From: Tubiluchus corallicola
Taxonomy: Eukaryota > Animalia > Priapulida
Length of the DNA stretch: 64,000 nucleotides
Assembly: GCA_030141605.1 (NCBI GenBank)
Contig: JAQGDQ010000046.1
Location: 248,001 to 312,000 of the forward strand
Direction of reading: 5' to 3'
The notes under the pieces are model-generated. The model had not been told where the DNA came from, made no database searches, and saw only the letters and a program-made list of their open reading frames with translations. Made by a program: the position numbers and the translations under genes. Positions 15,201 to 27,200 of this stretch are shown here, in pieces (within the stretch, counting starts at the first letter, position 1; every line of letters starts with the position of its first letter).

Positions 15201-18200
15201 ACATCATCGAGATTTGTTGGATGTGGAGGCTTTCTGTCAACAAGCAAGAGTTTTGAAATCTATGTTTTGCTGAGAGAATTCTTTCCATGCAGGGATAGCA
15301 TGCTCGGTCAGCCATTCGATGAAACTTTTACCTGTTATCTATGCTCTCTTGTTACGTTTAAAAATGACAGGCAGGCAGTCTTTTGTATAACCCTTCAGTG
15401 CTCATGGATTGACAGAGTGACAAACCAGTAATGGCTTCATTTTCATATCACCTGCTGCGTTACCGCCCAATAGCAATGTGAATCTGTTTTGTTTTTCTCT
15501 GCTTTGAAACCTGGTGCTGACCTTTCTTCCTGCAATATATAATTGCATGCTGGCATTCTTTTCCAAAAGAGTCCTGTTTGATCGACGTTAAAAATTTGTT
15601 TGCTTGAATAACCACCGTCTGTGATTATAGTCTTGAGTGTTTCTGCAAATTTCTCTGCCGCTTCATCATCTGCGCAGGCTGCTTCCCCGGTAATTTCAAT
15701 GTTTTGATAATGGTAACTTTTTTTAAACCTCTGAAACCATCCTGGACTTGCAGTAAATGTTTCTTCCTGTGAACCTTCACACTCCTTAGTTTTTATGTCA
15801 TTATATAAAGTTAAAGCCTTAGCTTGAATCATGCGCAAGCTTAGAGGCATACTACACTGACTCTGATCGACAATCCACATAGACAAAAGCTGCTCTGCTT
15901 TTTCGATTGTGGCAGGTAAAATTCAAATGAGGTGATCACAGCAATTAACCATGCAACATGAAAGAGTTTTATCAGCTGAAACACTTGCATTTTATCAAGA
16001 AGAATTTTATCTAACCGTGGGAAAGCAATGAATTATCGTGGTCTGCCTATAGCTGTAGCTGGTGTCTGCTGTCAGTTTGGTTGTGTCACGGTGATCTGGG
16101 TTAAGTGGCAGGCTTCTTGACAGAATACAAGCACAGTAAATAAGATTTTAGTGATTAAAGTAAGGCAAAAAAATGGTCGTTAAAACGAAACATGCAATGT
16201 TAAGTGAAAAAAGGTGTCAAATGATTAGCGTCATTAAAACGAAACGTCTCTCTGAGGTAGCAAGGACTTACTGTAATGTCAAACCCACGTGTGATCTAAT
16301 AGCCTTACGTTTTCCAGGGAAGTTAATGCAGACATACTAACATTAAACGTAGGCTATATGTCAATGTACATTGTACAAGAACTTGTATTTTAAAATTTAT
16401 TGAATTTATATACAATTTATGTAGAATTTTCCGATTTGCACGACAACACAATTACGTTTGAAGCAATATTTTAGCACTGACTACTTGAAAAAAATATTAG
16501 GGTGTACAAAGAATAAACTAGACATTCACTCTTCTGTGTATGCCATTATTTCATCCATCCATGAATAAATAAAAGCCATACACTAACAAACTTGTAGTAG
16601 CTAATAAATGCTTATTACTTACTTTCATAAAAACCTTTTGAACAAAAACCAGATGGTTTAGTAAATCAGTTGTCAGACTGTGTTCAAATGACCCAATCTC
16701 TGCCACAACATGTAAATAATTTCCCTCTCTAAGAACCATGCCATCCACTAAGGTTGACTGCTCGATCGTAATGCTTTCTGGTATGCGATAATCTCCACTA
16801 AAGAACATCGGTGGGAGATCGATTATGGCTGAAGTCGGCATTGAAGAATCAATGGCTGACACTGGTACCTAAAAACACAAGTAAATAAAACTACAAAACC
16901 ATATTGAAACAAGCTAGGTCTGCCTTGGTTTGTGTGTGCATGCATGTAGAGAGAGATGCAGAAAATTATAAACTCAACTCCCACTGGTGAGTGTATTCAG
17001 ATATAAAAATGTATGACTAGTAGCAAATGCACATTGTAAGTGGCTCTCAACGACTATGTACTGCTAGGTTGAGATCTCAGACTAGCTCTGCTATGCTGAA
17101 GGCAATGCTCAAATGGTATGTGCATGTGCCCAGAAAGTACAAGATCTGGATTCAGATTGTAATTGACTTCAGCTACTTGGCTATTTGGCTTATTGTTGTA
17201 AAAACGATGTCTTTCTTAATGTGCATGCTTGCGTAGTAAGTGTGAACCTAATCTACAAAATAGGCTTTTGTCTATGTGTCTGCCTATCTGGTAATTATCA
17301 CTGATGTAGGGGACTGAAACGCAATAATTTAAACTGATACCAAAAATTAAGATTAGAACATCCTTACCAAGATTTGGTATGTCTGACTGTCTGTTCAAGA
17401 TATAGTTCTGCGTGACATACAGAGCACGGAATACTATGTATAATGTCTGAGACGCGTCTTCCGTGCATGACAGACATAAATTTTTACATTAATCAAGATT
17501 GCAGAAATTACTAATGTACTAGTTACTCTTTGAAAGAGTAACCTTTAATTTATTTTAAGAGATGATAATCAACACCTCACGTACTTAACACACATTAATG
17601 TATATCAAAAGCGACAAAAGCACTATATCATTAATGCGGAAATGAACAATTTCATGTAACCTACCTTAGAATTAAACGATAACTTGTGGTTTGGTAAATT
17701 CACAACAAATTTGGCTTTGCTTCCCGTAACACCTGAACTGGTAATTTTTTCCATCTGAAATTAGAAAACTGTGATAGCAAGAAAATCCTTTAAATGAATA
17801 TGAGCAAATTAGTTGAAATAGGAAGCACAAATATTCTCTATATTATTATACCTTGTACTGTGATTTAAGCGATGGCAGTAGTGCGGCGCTAATTGCTAAA
17901 CCTTCTAATGTAATGCAGAAGCGTATCACCAATGATTTTTGAGCTTTGGCTCGCTGAGCAGACCTTGACGAAGACATTTTCTTCGTCCTGTATTTTGGAA
18001 AGTGAGTACTAGAAGACAGCACTTCCTCAGCGTGGTCCGTAGCACTGGAAACAGTGGTTACACTGGTTCTTAAAAAAATTATAATAAAAATAGTATAGAA
18101 TAATAGAAAGAATATGACAAAATGACAAAAAGCATGAAAAACATATAATAAATTGACTGTGGCACAGCTGAGCCTGAAAAATCAAAAGAAACAAATGTTT

Positions 18201-21200
18201 TTAATTAAAAGCAACAATAAAAATTAGAACTGAGTAGTAATTCTCAAACGACAAATGAAGCATTAATGTGCAAATCAGCAAGAAACTACTGACTTTTTAA
18301 TACGTATATAAGCATTTAAATGGTGCATAAATAAGTCATTTCATACTACATGTATATTTATTATTATCTGCAGTTATATTGTTATCTAAGACCAGAACGC
18401 AGGTTACCTTGTTTATGATCAAGGATAGTCCTCTAAAAAGAACAATTAAATTGGCAAATGTATCTTAAGCAAAAGGTCTCAGATGATTTATTTACAAATC
18501 AGATCCAGTATCACTTAACTTTGCATGCAAGCTAGCATACACCTACTTTTCCAGGTTCATCAAAAAAGGTGTGCCAAATAATATTTCTTTAAACTTTCAG
18601 GCAAATTTATGTTACACTCAGGAAAGAACCTGAAGCTATAGTATTAAAAAATAAAATAGTTTACATGTGTGATGAGTAAGCAGCAAGCCTGGCAGTACAA
18701 AAATGGTACGTAGTATTTTTCTCTAATTTCTCAAAACTGTTATGAGTTTAAAAACAAGGAAATGTGTCCAGTGTTGTAGCTTTTAGTAGATTTTTTGGCT
18801 TTTCTTACTTTTTGCAAATCAAATTGACACATTACAATATTGTCGTTACAAATATAACAGCTGTATTGTTACAACTAAGAATTATGTGCAAGGTTTCCTA
18901 ATAAATTTTGTAATTTTTATGCTAAGCATACCTAGATTTGGTTGATGGCCTGCGGAATTCCTGCAGAGTTGAAGACAACCGCTTACTCCCACGAGTCATC
19001 ATCCCGTGCAAAACTACCGGATGCTGCGGAATGTCGAAGTTCAGCATGCCAAATGAAACTGTAGCAAAGTTCCTCGTTTTAGTTCTACGAGTGATGGACG
19101 AAAAAATTCCGTCAGATTTCTTTAAACCCACGCTCACTACTGTCCTGTTAAAAAACAGTTATACACAAATAAGACATTAGCTTTGCAACAACATTGACTA
19201 CAACTCGTTAACTACCACCTGTTTCGATAGTGCCACACTGTAAAGTTCTGTACTGTAGTTTCTTGTGTGCCCTGCAACATTGCCATTTAACTATGCTGAA
19301 CTCTACATGAAACCATATATCACAGGAAGTTGATCTTTTTTACGAAAATGTGCAGAATTTTTGTAGATAATGGTATAAATTACTTTGCTCAGTTAGAGGA
19401 CTTCCCTGGCAAATAGGGGAGTCCGGGTGGGGCAGCCCACTTTTTACAAAGTACAAAACAGACTGATAGCCCTCCTGCAATGATTGATGTCAGCACTCAA
19501 AGGTTAAAAATGGTCACCTGATCAAAAAGCTGCATGGTGCACTCAGAAGAACTAGTAGTGTACGGTAAAATCATTAGTGTACAGTTATTTTACAAAATCG
19601 ATGGAAATATTGTGTCAGAACAAGTGCCTTGAACTTTTGAGAAAAACGATAGTGAAATCAGGCTTTGAGATAAGGATAGCACAAATGAATATGATAAAAT
19701 GTATTGTATAACTATAACGAACTAAAAGCATTCTTACTGTAAGTTAGGCACTGTGCCCTCAAAAAGTACAACAACAATATTTCCAATGTGACCACTGACA
19801 GAGGATTCAGTTATTTTTCTTCTAGGGAAACCTAAAAAAATAACCAGTTCTTATACGAATACATAATGCAATCTTCAAACAAATAATGCAGATGTGTTTT
19901 ATGCAAGTTTTCCTCACAGACTTACAGTTGTCTATAACATTTAAAAAACTTAGCAAATCTTTCCAAGTAACACCATGATGATTTTATACGTCATACCTAG
20001 AATGCTTTAAATTACATTTAATTCAACAATTTCTCATGTGCACTGATAGTATAACACTAAAACAAATACAGAAAGATAGAGCGTTCATGATTTTTATCAT
20101 TCATTCTTGGTTAAAATATAAAGGAAAATTTTTCTTAGTAAATTCCATAACTTGTGTAATTAAAAAGTTCATTACTAAATTTTTTATTCTACCAAGTAAG
20201 ATCATTTAAAAAACTCAGAACAGAAAAATGCTAGCCAAAAATGTACATCTTTAAATTTAGAAATGATTCTTCTAGGTAACTTTAATACTTGTGTGTTTAA
20301 TGACAATTACTAATCTTGATTTTACATTCAATGCCCTATTCAAAAAACCTTTTTTCAAGAAATGTTAGATTTTTGTACTGAAAATTTAATAAAATTTATT
20401 ATATAGAGGTTGTTTATGAAATGGATATTGTTCTTGTTATAAAGAAGTTAAAAACTTTACCACCTTTTTTCAAGTTTTCATGGCTCGCAGTATAATATAT
20501 GTTATAACCCATAGTTAAATTCAAGTTTATTTTGCTATGTAAATTTATCTAGTGTCAAAATTTTGCAACAATATAGTAGTTTTACAATTTGAACTGTGCA
20601 AGTTCATTGCAGAGTCAATTTCTTTGAAATGCTGTTTTGACAAAGTAAATAGTAATAGTGACGTCAGATTATTATAGTACCTACCTCTAGTTCGCTCCTT
20701 ATGTGTATAAAAAGCATGAATGTTTGCAATTTCAGATTCCAGTTTGAGTCCACTAAGAGTAGCGAGCAATTTTGTTCGTTTGACCCTGGCAACACCCACT
20801 AGAACAAATGGTATATTCTCGTGGGCTGCAAAAATAACACAAATTCCATTTGAAAAATTACACTATAAAATTTGTTTAATAAGCATATTAAGAGCACCTG
20901 CACATGCATACATGCACACAAGCAAACAGAGAGTTAAAAAAACTGTACATAAATGCTGTGAAAAAAATAGGAATGCGAATATGTGCAAGATATGATTCAT
21001 ATTACATTTACCGTATTTATTCGAGTATAACGCGCACACGTGTATAACACGCACCCCCAATTTTCGATTAAAAATCGGCATAAAATTTTGTTTCACTTTT
21101 TCTTGGCTCGGACCAAGTATTGTAAGTGACAAACATTGTTGAACAACTCCAGTCTCTAACATTCGCGCGTTATACTCGAAAAAATACGGTACAAATATTT

Positions 21201-24200
21201 ATCTATTCATAAATGACATTATTTTGTGGTTTGGAACTCGGTTTATAATGAAAAGTGAAAGTTATGACTTTTGTAGCTTTTTACTATACTATAATTACAT
21301 CAAAACTGCTAATAGGGAGTGATTTTTGCTCAGTGTAATGTTACCATGGTCTAAGTTTAAGTGACAGAAATAATAATAATCAACTAATGGTAATTTTACA
21401 CTACACAGATTAGTAGTTTATAACGATACCAAGTAAATTTATAATGAAATCGATTCGTTATGTTCAGTGCAATAATTTATTTTTATAATACGTAAATAGA
21501 TAAATAAAAAGAAAAAGCTACATAAAAAAGTAACAAAACATCTATCAAAAATACGAACCTCGAAGAACAGCCTTTTCCCCAGGTGTATCAGTTACATCAA
21601 ATTTTGTTGTGTCAGTTACCGCACTCATGTCAATACGTGTCTCCCCAACAGCTAAAACACAAGCAAAATATAATCTGTTTAACATGAAGCAGTAAAATCA
21701 ATTCATGAAATATTTTCACATTTTGTTTTACTACATTCCAACAACAAAAATATGGGTGAATTGCTAAATTTAACAAGAAAAAAACATTACAAAAAATCAT
21801 TACAGTTCATGCCACAAAAGAACCACTGTATCAAACTAGTTCAAAGCACAAACAAATTTTTTCATCTTTATTAATATCACAAAAACTCGTACAGTTCCCA
21901 CAATTTCTACAAGGTTATTCATAGAAAGTGCTAATTAGTGCTATGAAGTGTATTTGTGTCATGTGATTGTGCTAATTCATGCCAAAAACAAAACAACAGT
22001 TCATGCATACCATTTTGTTGCAAGCAAATGCCATAACAATTATTAATAAAAATATATTTTCTAGCAATATAAATAATAGCAAATGGGCAAGGGAAATTAT
22101 TTCTGTCCATAAAGCAGGGCCAATATCATGACCAACAATTCTACAGTGAATATTTTAACTTAACAGTGTGACTATTTTATTTGTAAAATGCAGGGGCATT
22201 AAATATGCTGTTTTATTAGCTATGGCAACTATTCTTTCTTGTGATTTAAAAATTATGAGCGTTCAACTAAAAGCAATACTAATGGGTGGGCAGCAAAAAG
22301 TGTAATTTAGAATAAGTGCACTGTCACCAAAGCATTTGTTTTGCACTGTCACCATGGCAATGGACAGAAACTTCCTACCTGTGCTATCGTATACAAAATC
22401 CTTTTCACACGTACTGTCATTGAGCCAATATCTGGTTCTAGTTTCGTCCGAAAATTTAAGTTCAGAACCTGCAATAGTTATTAGTAGAGCAACAACAACA
22501 ATGACAACCGTAACAGTGATGGCGGTGCCAGTGACTACTAGACGACAGTGCACAGATAGTAGAATGAAGAGCTAAAGAAACAACAATGTATAACAATGAC
22601 AAAAATAACAGTGGGGTTATAATGACAATGATCGCAGCTACAACAACAACGAACAATGATCCCATAATGATAGCCAACAATAGAAAAAACAACAGCTATA
22701 GTCGGTTAATTCTAGATTGTATTCAAAATATAATAATAGTTCAATAATAAGATTGTAATTCACTGTTGCATTAGACATTCACATAAAATTAGTGTGATGA
22801 TAACAAAGAACTGACAAGTGCTGATAAAATTCCATGCTCGTGCAGATTTGAAAATGAAAAAGATAGTTAACGAAGAAAGAATGAAGGCATGACTGGAATG
22901 CCATAAATATTCAAGCACAAAAATGCAAAAGTTATAATAGCAATGGACTAGCTGAACATAAGTGAAAAAGTTCCGTTGGCGCAGGCATTTAAAATTTAGA
23001 AAGCTCATAGAAAAAAAATTGATGAAAAACTTGTTTAGAAACAACAAAAGTGCAAACTAATTCAATTTCAAAGAACAATTCCTCACAATTTGTAATTTAT
23101 GCATCAATTAAATACACTTCAACACAATTCATTTGTTGTTACAGGACTTTGAATTTTAAAAGCATACTATTTATCTACTTGTAAAAACCTTGCTTGTAAA
23201 AAACACAGTATAAATTACATTACGATCTGCCCATCTCCACAACACCAGACTTACTTTCTTCTTTCTCCGCCTCAGAGTCATCATCATCTACAAGCAACTC
23301 ATATTTTCCAGCAGAAACGCTACCCCGTGGCTGCTTGGAGATCAACTTTGTGGGAGACTCTGAAGCATCACCTTTCAGACTGCTTCTGGTCCTAGTTCTT
23401 GGAGACCTGGAGCAAAACAACATAATTTGAATGCTGCATGAGCTTCAGGCTCTATTTTACAAAGCACTACATCACACCGTTTTATAAAAAGGGCCACAAG
23501 TTGGTCCAAGTAATGTGAAAAAACACAAGTGTTGGGAGCTAGTAGATTTTTATGGTGGGGGTGCAACTCTTTACCTCCCAAGTCATCCACAAATCTGACT
23601 ACCCTGTCGCATCATCTTTTATTCACAATAAAAGGGTTGTGCAACATATGTGGGCGGTTGTTGTCCTACAATTTTCCAGAGGGCAACAAGGCATATGAAC
23701 CAAAAATTTCAACGACACAAGTATAATTACTATGTCTTTAGAGAGGTTGCAATGTCGAAGGGCTCACTTGAAAAACCAGCGGGTCTAAGGCTTGATGTTA
23801 CGTTTTACGGGGGTTTACTTAGGCATTATGGTTTTCCATGTTGACCATGACATACATAGATTCCAAACATTCCAACAACAAAATCTCATATGAAATGGAG
23901 GAAAAGATTATGATTATGTTTACTATTTTTATTCACTTTTTACTCTGTTTAGATAAATTAGAACAGGTTGTATTTTCAATAATAGTTTCGCGTAAAGGCA
24001 GTTAATAATAATAACAACAATGACAAAGTGAAAAGAAAACAAAATGTCTACTTATCAGTTAACCCTTCCCCTGAGAGGACAAGGACATAGGATAGGAGTC
24101 CGCGGACATAGCTCACTCCAGTCAGTCACAGCAACACGTCAACGACTTCAAGTCTATGGCCATAACAATCAACGGTGATGACTCCGGCTGCAGCACCAAT

Positions 24201-27200
24201 CAAACATGAACTAAGGAATGGCTCACAAGTCTTTGTGGTTGACTCAGGATACGTCCACAATCCACAACATCTGGACACTGGTGGCTAGTCACGCCTCTCT
24301 ATGTAGTTTAGAATAGGGCACATCGTAGAGAGTTCCAACATCTCATCAGTGCGAATAAAGCTCCATCCACAACATCAAAACTGAAGTAGTTTGGTATCAT
24401 CACTGATAGTCTCTTTATGTTAGATCAGTCAAATAGCAGACGTGCACAAGTTTAGTGCTTCAGAGACTCTTATAACCAAGATTAGGATTTTAACCATTTT
24501 TGTAAAGTAAAGTTAAAGTTGAAAGTTAAAGCATTTTGGCTGCTTTCAGATTCAGCAGTTACACTGTACTCTCCTGGATATCTGTCATGCACTTTCCAAG
24601 ATCATGTTATGCATGGATAGGTTATAGTATATTACGAAAGGAGGGGTGATAGGTAGGAAGCCCTTCCCACAGACTATACTACAGCAATATCTAGTTTAGC
24701 TATGTGTAAGAACCTTACAACAAGAAAAGGGAACGAGCAAGATTTGTAAATAAATGAATACACACATGCAGATAGTTATGTACTTACTTTTCCTCAATCA
24801 TTTTCATTTCTGACTTCATGGAATACAAATTTAGTAGATGGTACAAGTTCCTCCAGCATTTTGGCATGTCCGGCAGTAAGGCCTTAGTGAGAGTATCAGC
24901 TTCTGGCTTTGTTGCAATATCTATATGGTCCAATGATGCTACAGGAACTGATTCACTGAGAGACTGTGGCACACTAGAAACTCTAGCTTCCACAGACTGT
25001 GATTTTCTACGAACATGAGAAAACTGTCGAATAAACTCTCTTGCTCTGATACTGCTAAAGGATTTCTTTGTTGTGGGAGGTATCACTTCACTAACAGATA
25101 TGTCTCCACCCACTAACTCAGTCGGTGTTTCAGGAGGTTTATTGGAATCCGTCTGTGACTGCGTGTCGGTTCCAGATGTGGACGAAATACGCGGGTTAAT
25201 TGGTCCAATCACTCTGTTTTCTTTCAACTCCGTACGAGTTTCTCCTATGTTTTCTATGACATTTAATACTTGATGAAGCAAGCGTAACATTGGCATGTTT
25301 ATATACTGCATGATATGGTTGCAGTTCACATCAAAGTTCACCAACGTGGAGGTCGGCTTGCGACCAATCTCACCAGCAGACAATAAAAATCTTTTTGTCA
25401 ATTTTTCTGTTCCTTTGAGCCCAATGTCATTAAGTTCGCGTAATACAACTTGAGATACTATTCTGTCACATTCTAGAGCAGGTCGCTCTTTTTCAGTTTC
25501 CGAACGAAAACTTTTCGGAAATGTTTTCTTCGGTCGCTGACGGCGAAGCAAATCCGATTGTATAATGTGAACTCTTATTGACTCAAAAACACTAAAAATT
25601 GACACATTTGGTCCTAATTTGGCAAGCAATTTTGTTGTGACTTGCACGTCAGTAATAACTAAGCCTAAACTTTGTAAAACTGACTGGAAAATCACTTCTG
25701 GATCAGCCTGGTGAAGTTCGGCCACGTGGTCCAAATGTAAGAGATCAGCAATTTCTTCCCTGGTGCCACTGAAGTCTTGCCGTACCGTGGATGTAGGCGA
25801 AGCTTGCCCAGCTAGAAGGGGTGTTGCGTCTCGCCTTTCCTGCAAATTTTTTTCATCTTCTTGTTGTCTTACCATCCACTGATACAAATCATCTTCATCT
25901 ACTAAAGTGTCTGGTTCTGATCCTATAGCAGATGGTTTGCGACTCGCAACAAACTTCACCACGCCGGCGGCTTGATCAACGCTTACTTCACTCATTGTAC
26001 AGAAGCTGGCTTCACTTTCAACTCGTTTTAGAGTGTCGGTCGGCGGAATGGCACCAAGCTTGTCTGAAGCATCAACGTCAGTTATATGAATTGGAATGTC
26101 TGCTTTCTTTGCGCTGTCGACTGTGTCTAAATTACCGCTGCTCAGAGATTTGAACGTATTAGTGGCAAAGCTTTTCGTTGGACTTTCAAGCAACAAGTCT
26201 GGAATACAATCTGAATCACGGAGAAGCAAAGCTTTCTCTTCTTCAATATCAGAAAGAGAGCCTTGGGTCTCTTCATTACGACTGTCGCTATCGGTTCCAT
26301 ATCTCAAAATCTGCAATTAAAATTTTGCTAAGTTTGTTAAATGTTAAATGGGACCAAAATTCAGAAAACACAGAGTTTGTCTCTTAGATTACAATACTAA
26401 ATTTTGCTTTTACATTCCAAATCCTAGGAACTTGAAATCTGACAAAAAGATCAAACTCAGCAAGGTCTACCAATTTTATTACTGTGGTTGGGTGTTGCAC
26501 CAGGATAGAAATAGTAACTATTATATAGGGCTAAAAATTTTCATTAATAAAATTATTTTTTGCAGTCAAAATATTTTGTAACTAAACAATTGGCTTAGAC
26601 TACTTTATAATGTCACTTCCACTTCCTCCAAATTTGCAATAACAAAAATTTTCCTAATATAAAAATTCGAACATTTATGCGTAGTAAACAAAAAATGAAG
26701 AAAGAAAGCTGAAAATTTATGTCATCAAAATATAATATAAGTTATTGTTTGCAAAGTTCAGTTTACAAATAACCAGAGTAAAACTTGAAAATATAAACAC
26801 AAACACTAGTATCTGACAGTTAGTTACAATAAAAAATTAAAGTGAATCTACTCATTTCATTTACATTAAATGACAGATAGGCAAAAAATAGATTGTGAAC
26901 CATTAAGTAAACATAAATTATACCATTTTGCAAGTAAGCTTAATAATGATTTTTTTTAGCAACTGATCCATTAAAGGATTGTGAGAGGCACAGAGTACTT
27001 AAATTATAAACCAAATAAAGGCCTTTTAAACAAGCAACCTTGCTGATAACTGGCATGGGCAAATATAGGGAAAATGGCACAGGAAAAACTGCACAGGAAA
27101 AAATGGCAATGTAAAATGGCATGGTAAAAATGGCACAGTTAGTAAAATATATGCTTAGAGTTAGGGCTGCAGTAGAGGATAATTATTTTAATTATTTTTA

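Noticed and set aside
22263-22692. Hydrophobic ORFs resembling small membrane proteins
   Set aside because: The Val/Ile runs are the translation of the (TGT)n repeat; only the 90-nt exon has splice support.
23224-23254. Longer exon 33 ending at TC|GTAATG
   Set aside because: It gives phase 2, which is incompatible with the next phase-1 exons; the GTAAGT donor at 23254 fits.
24818-26387. Plus-strand ORFs overlapping exon 32 and other exons
   Set aside because: Antisense shadows of the coding sequence, with no independent homology recognised.
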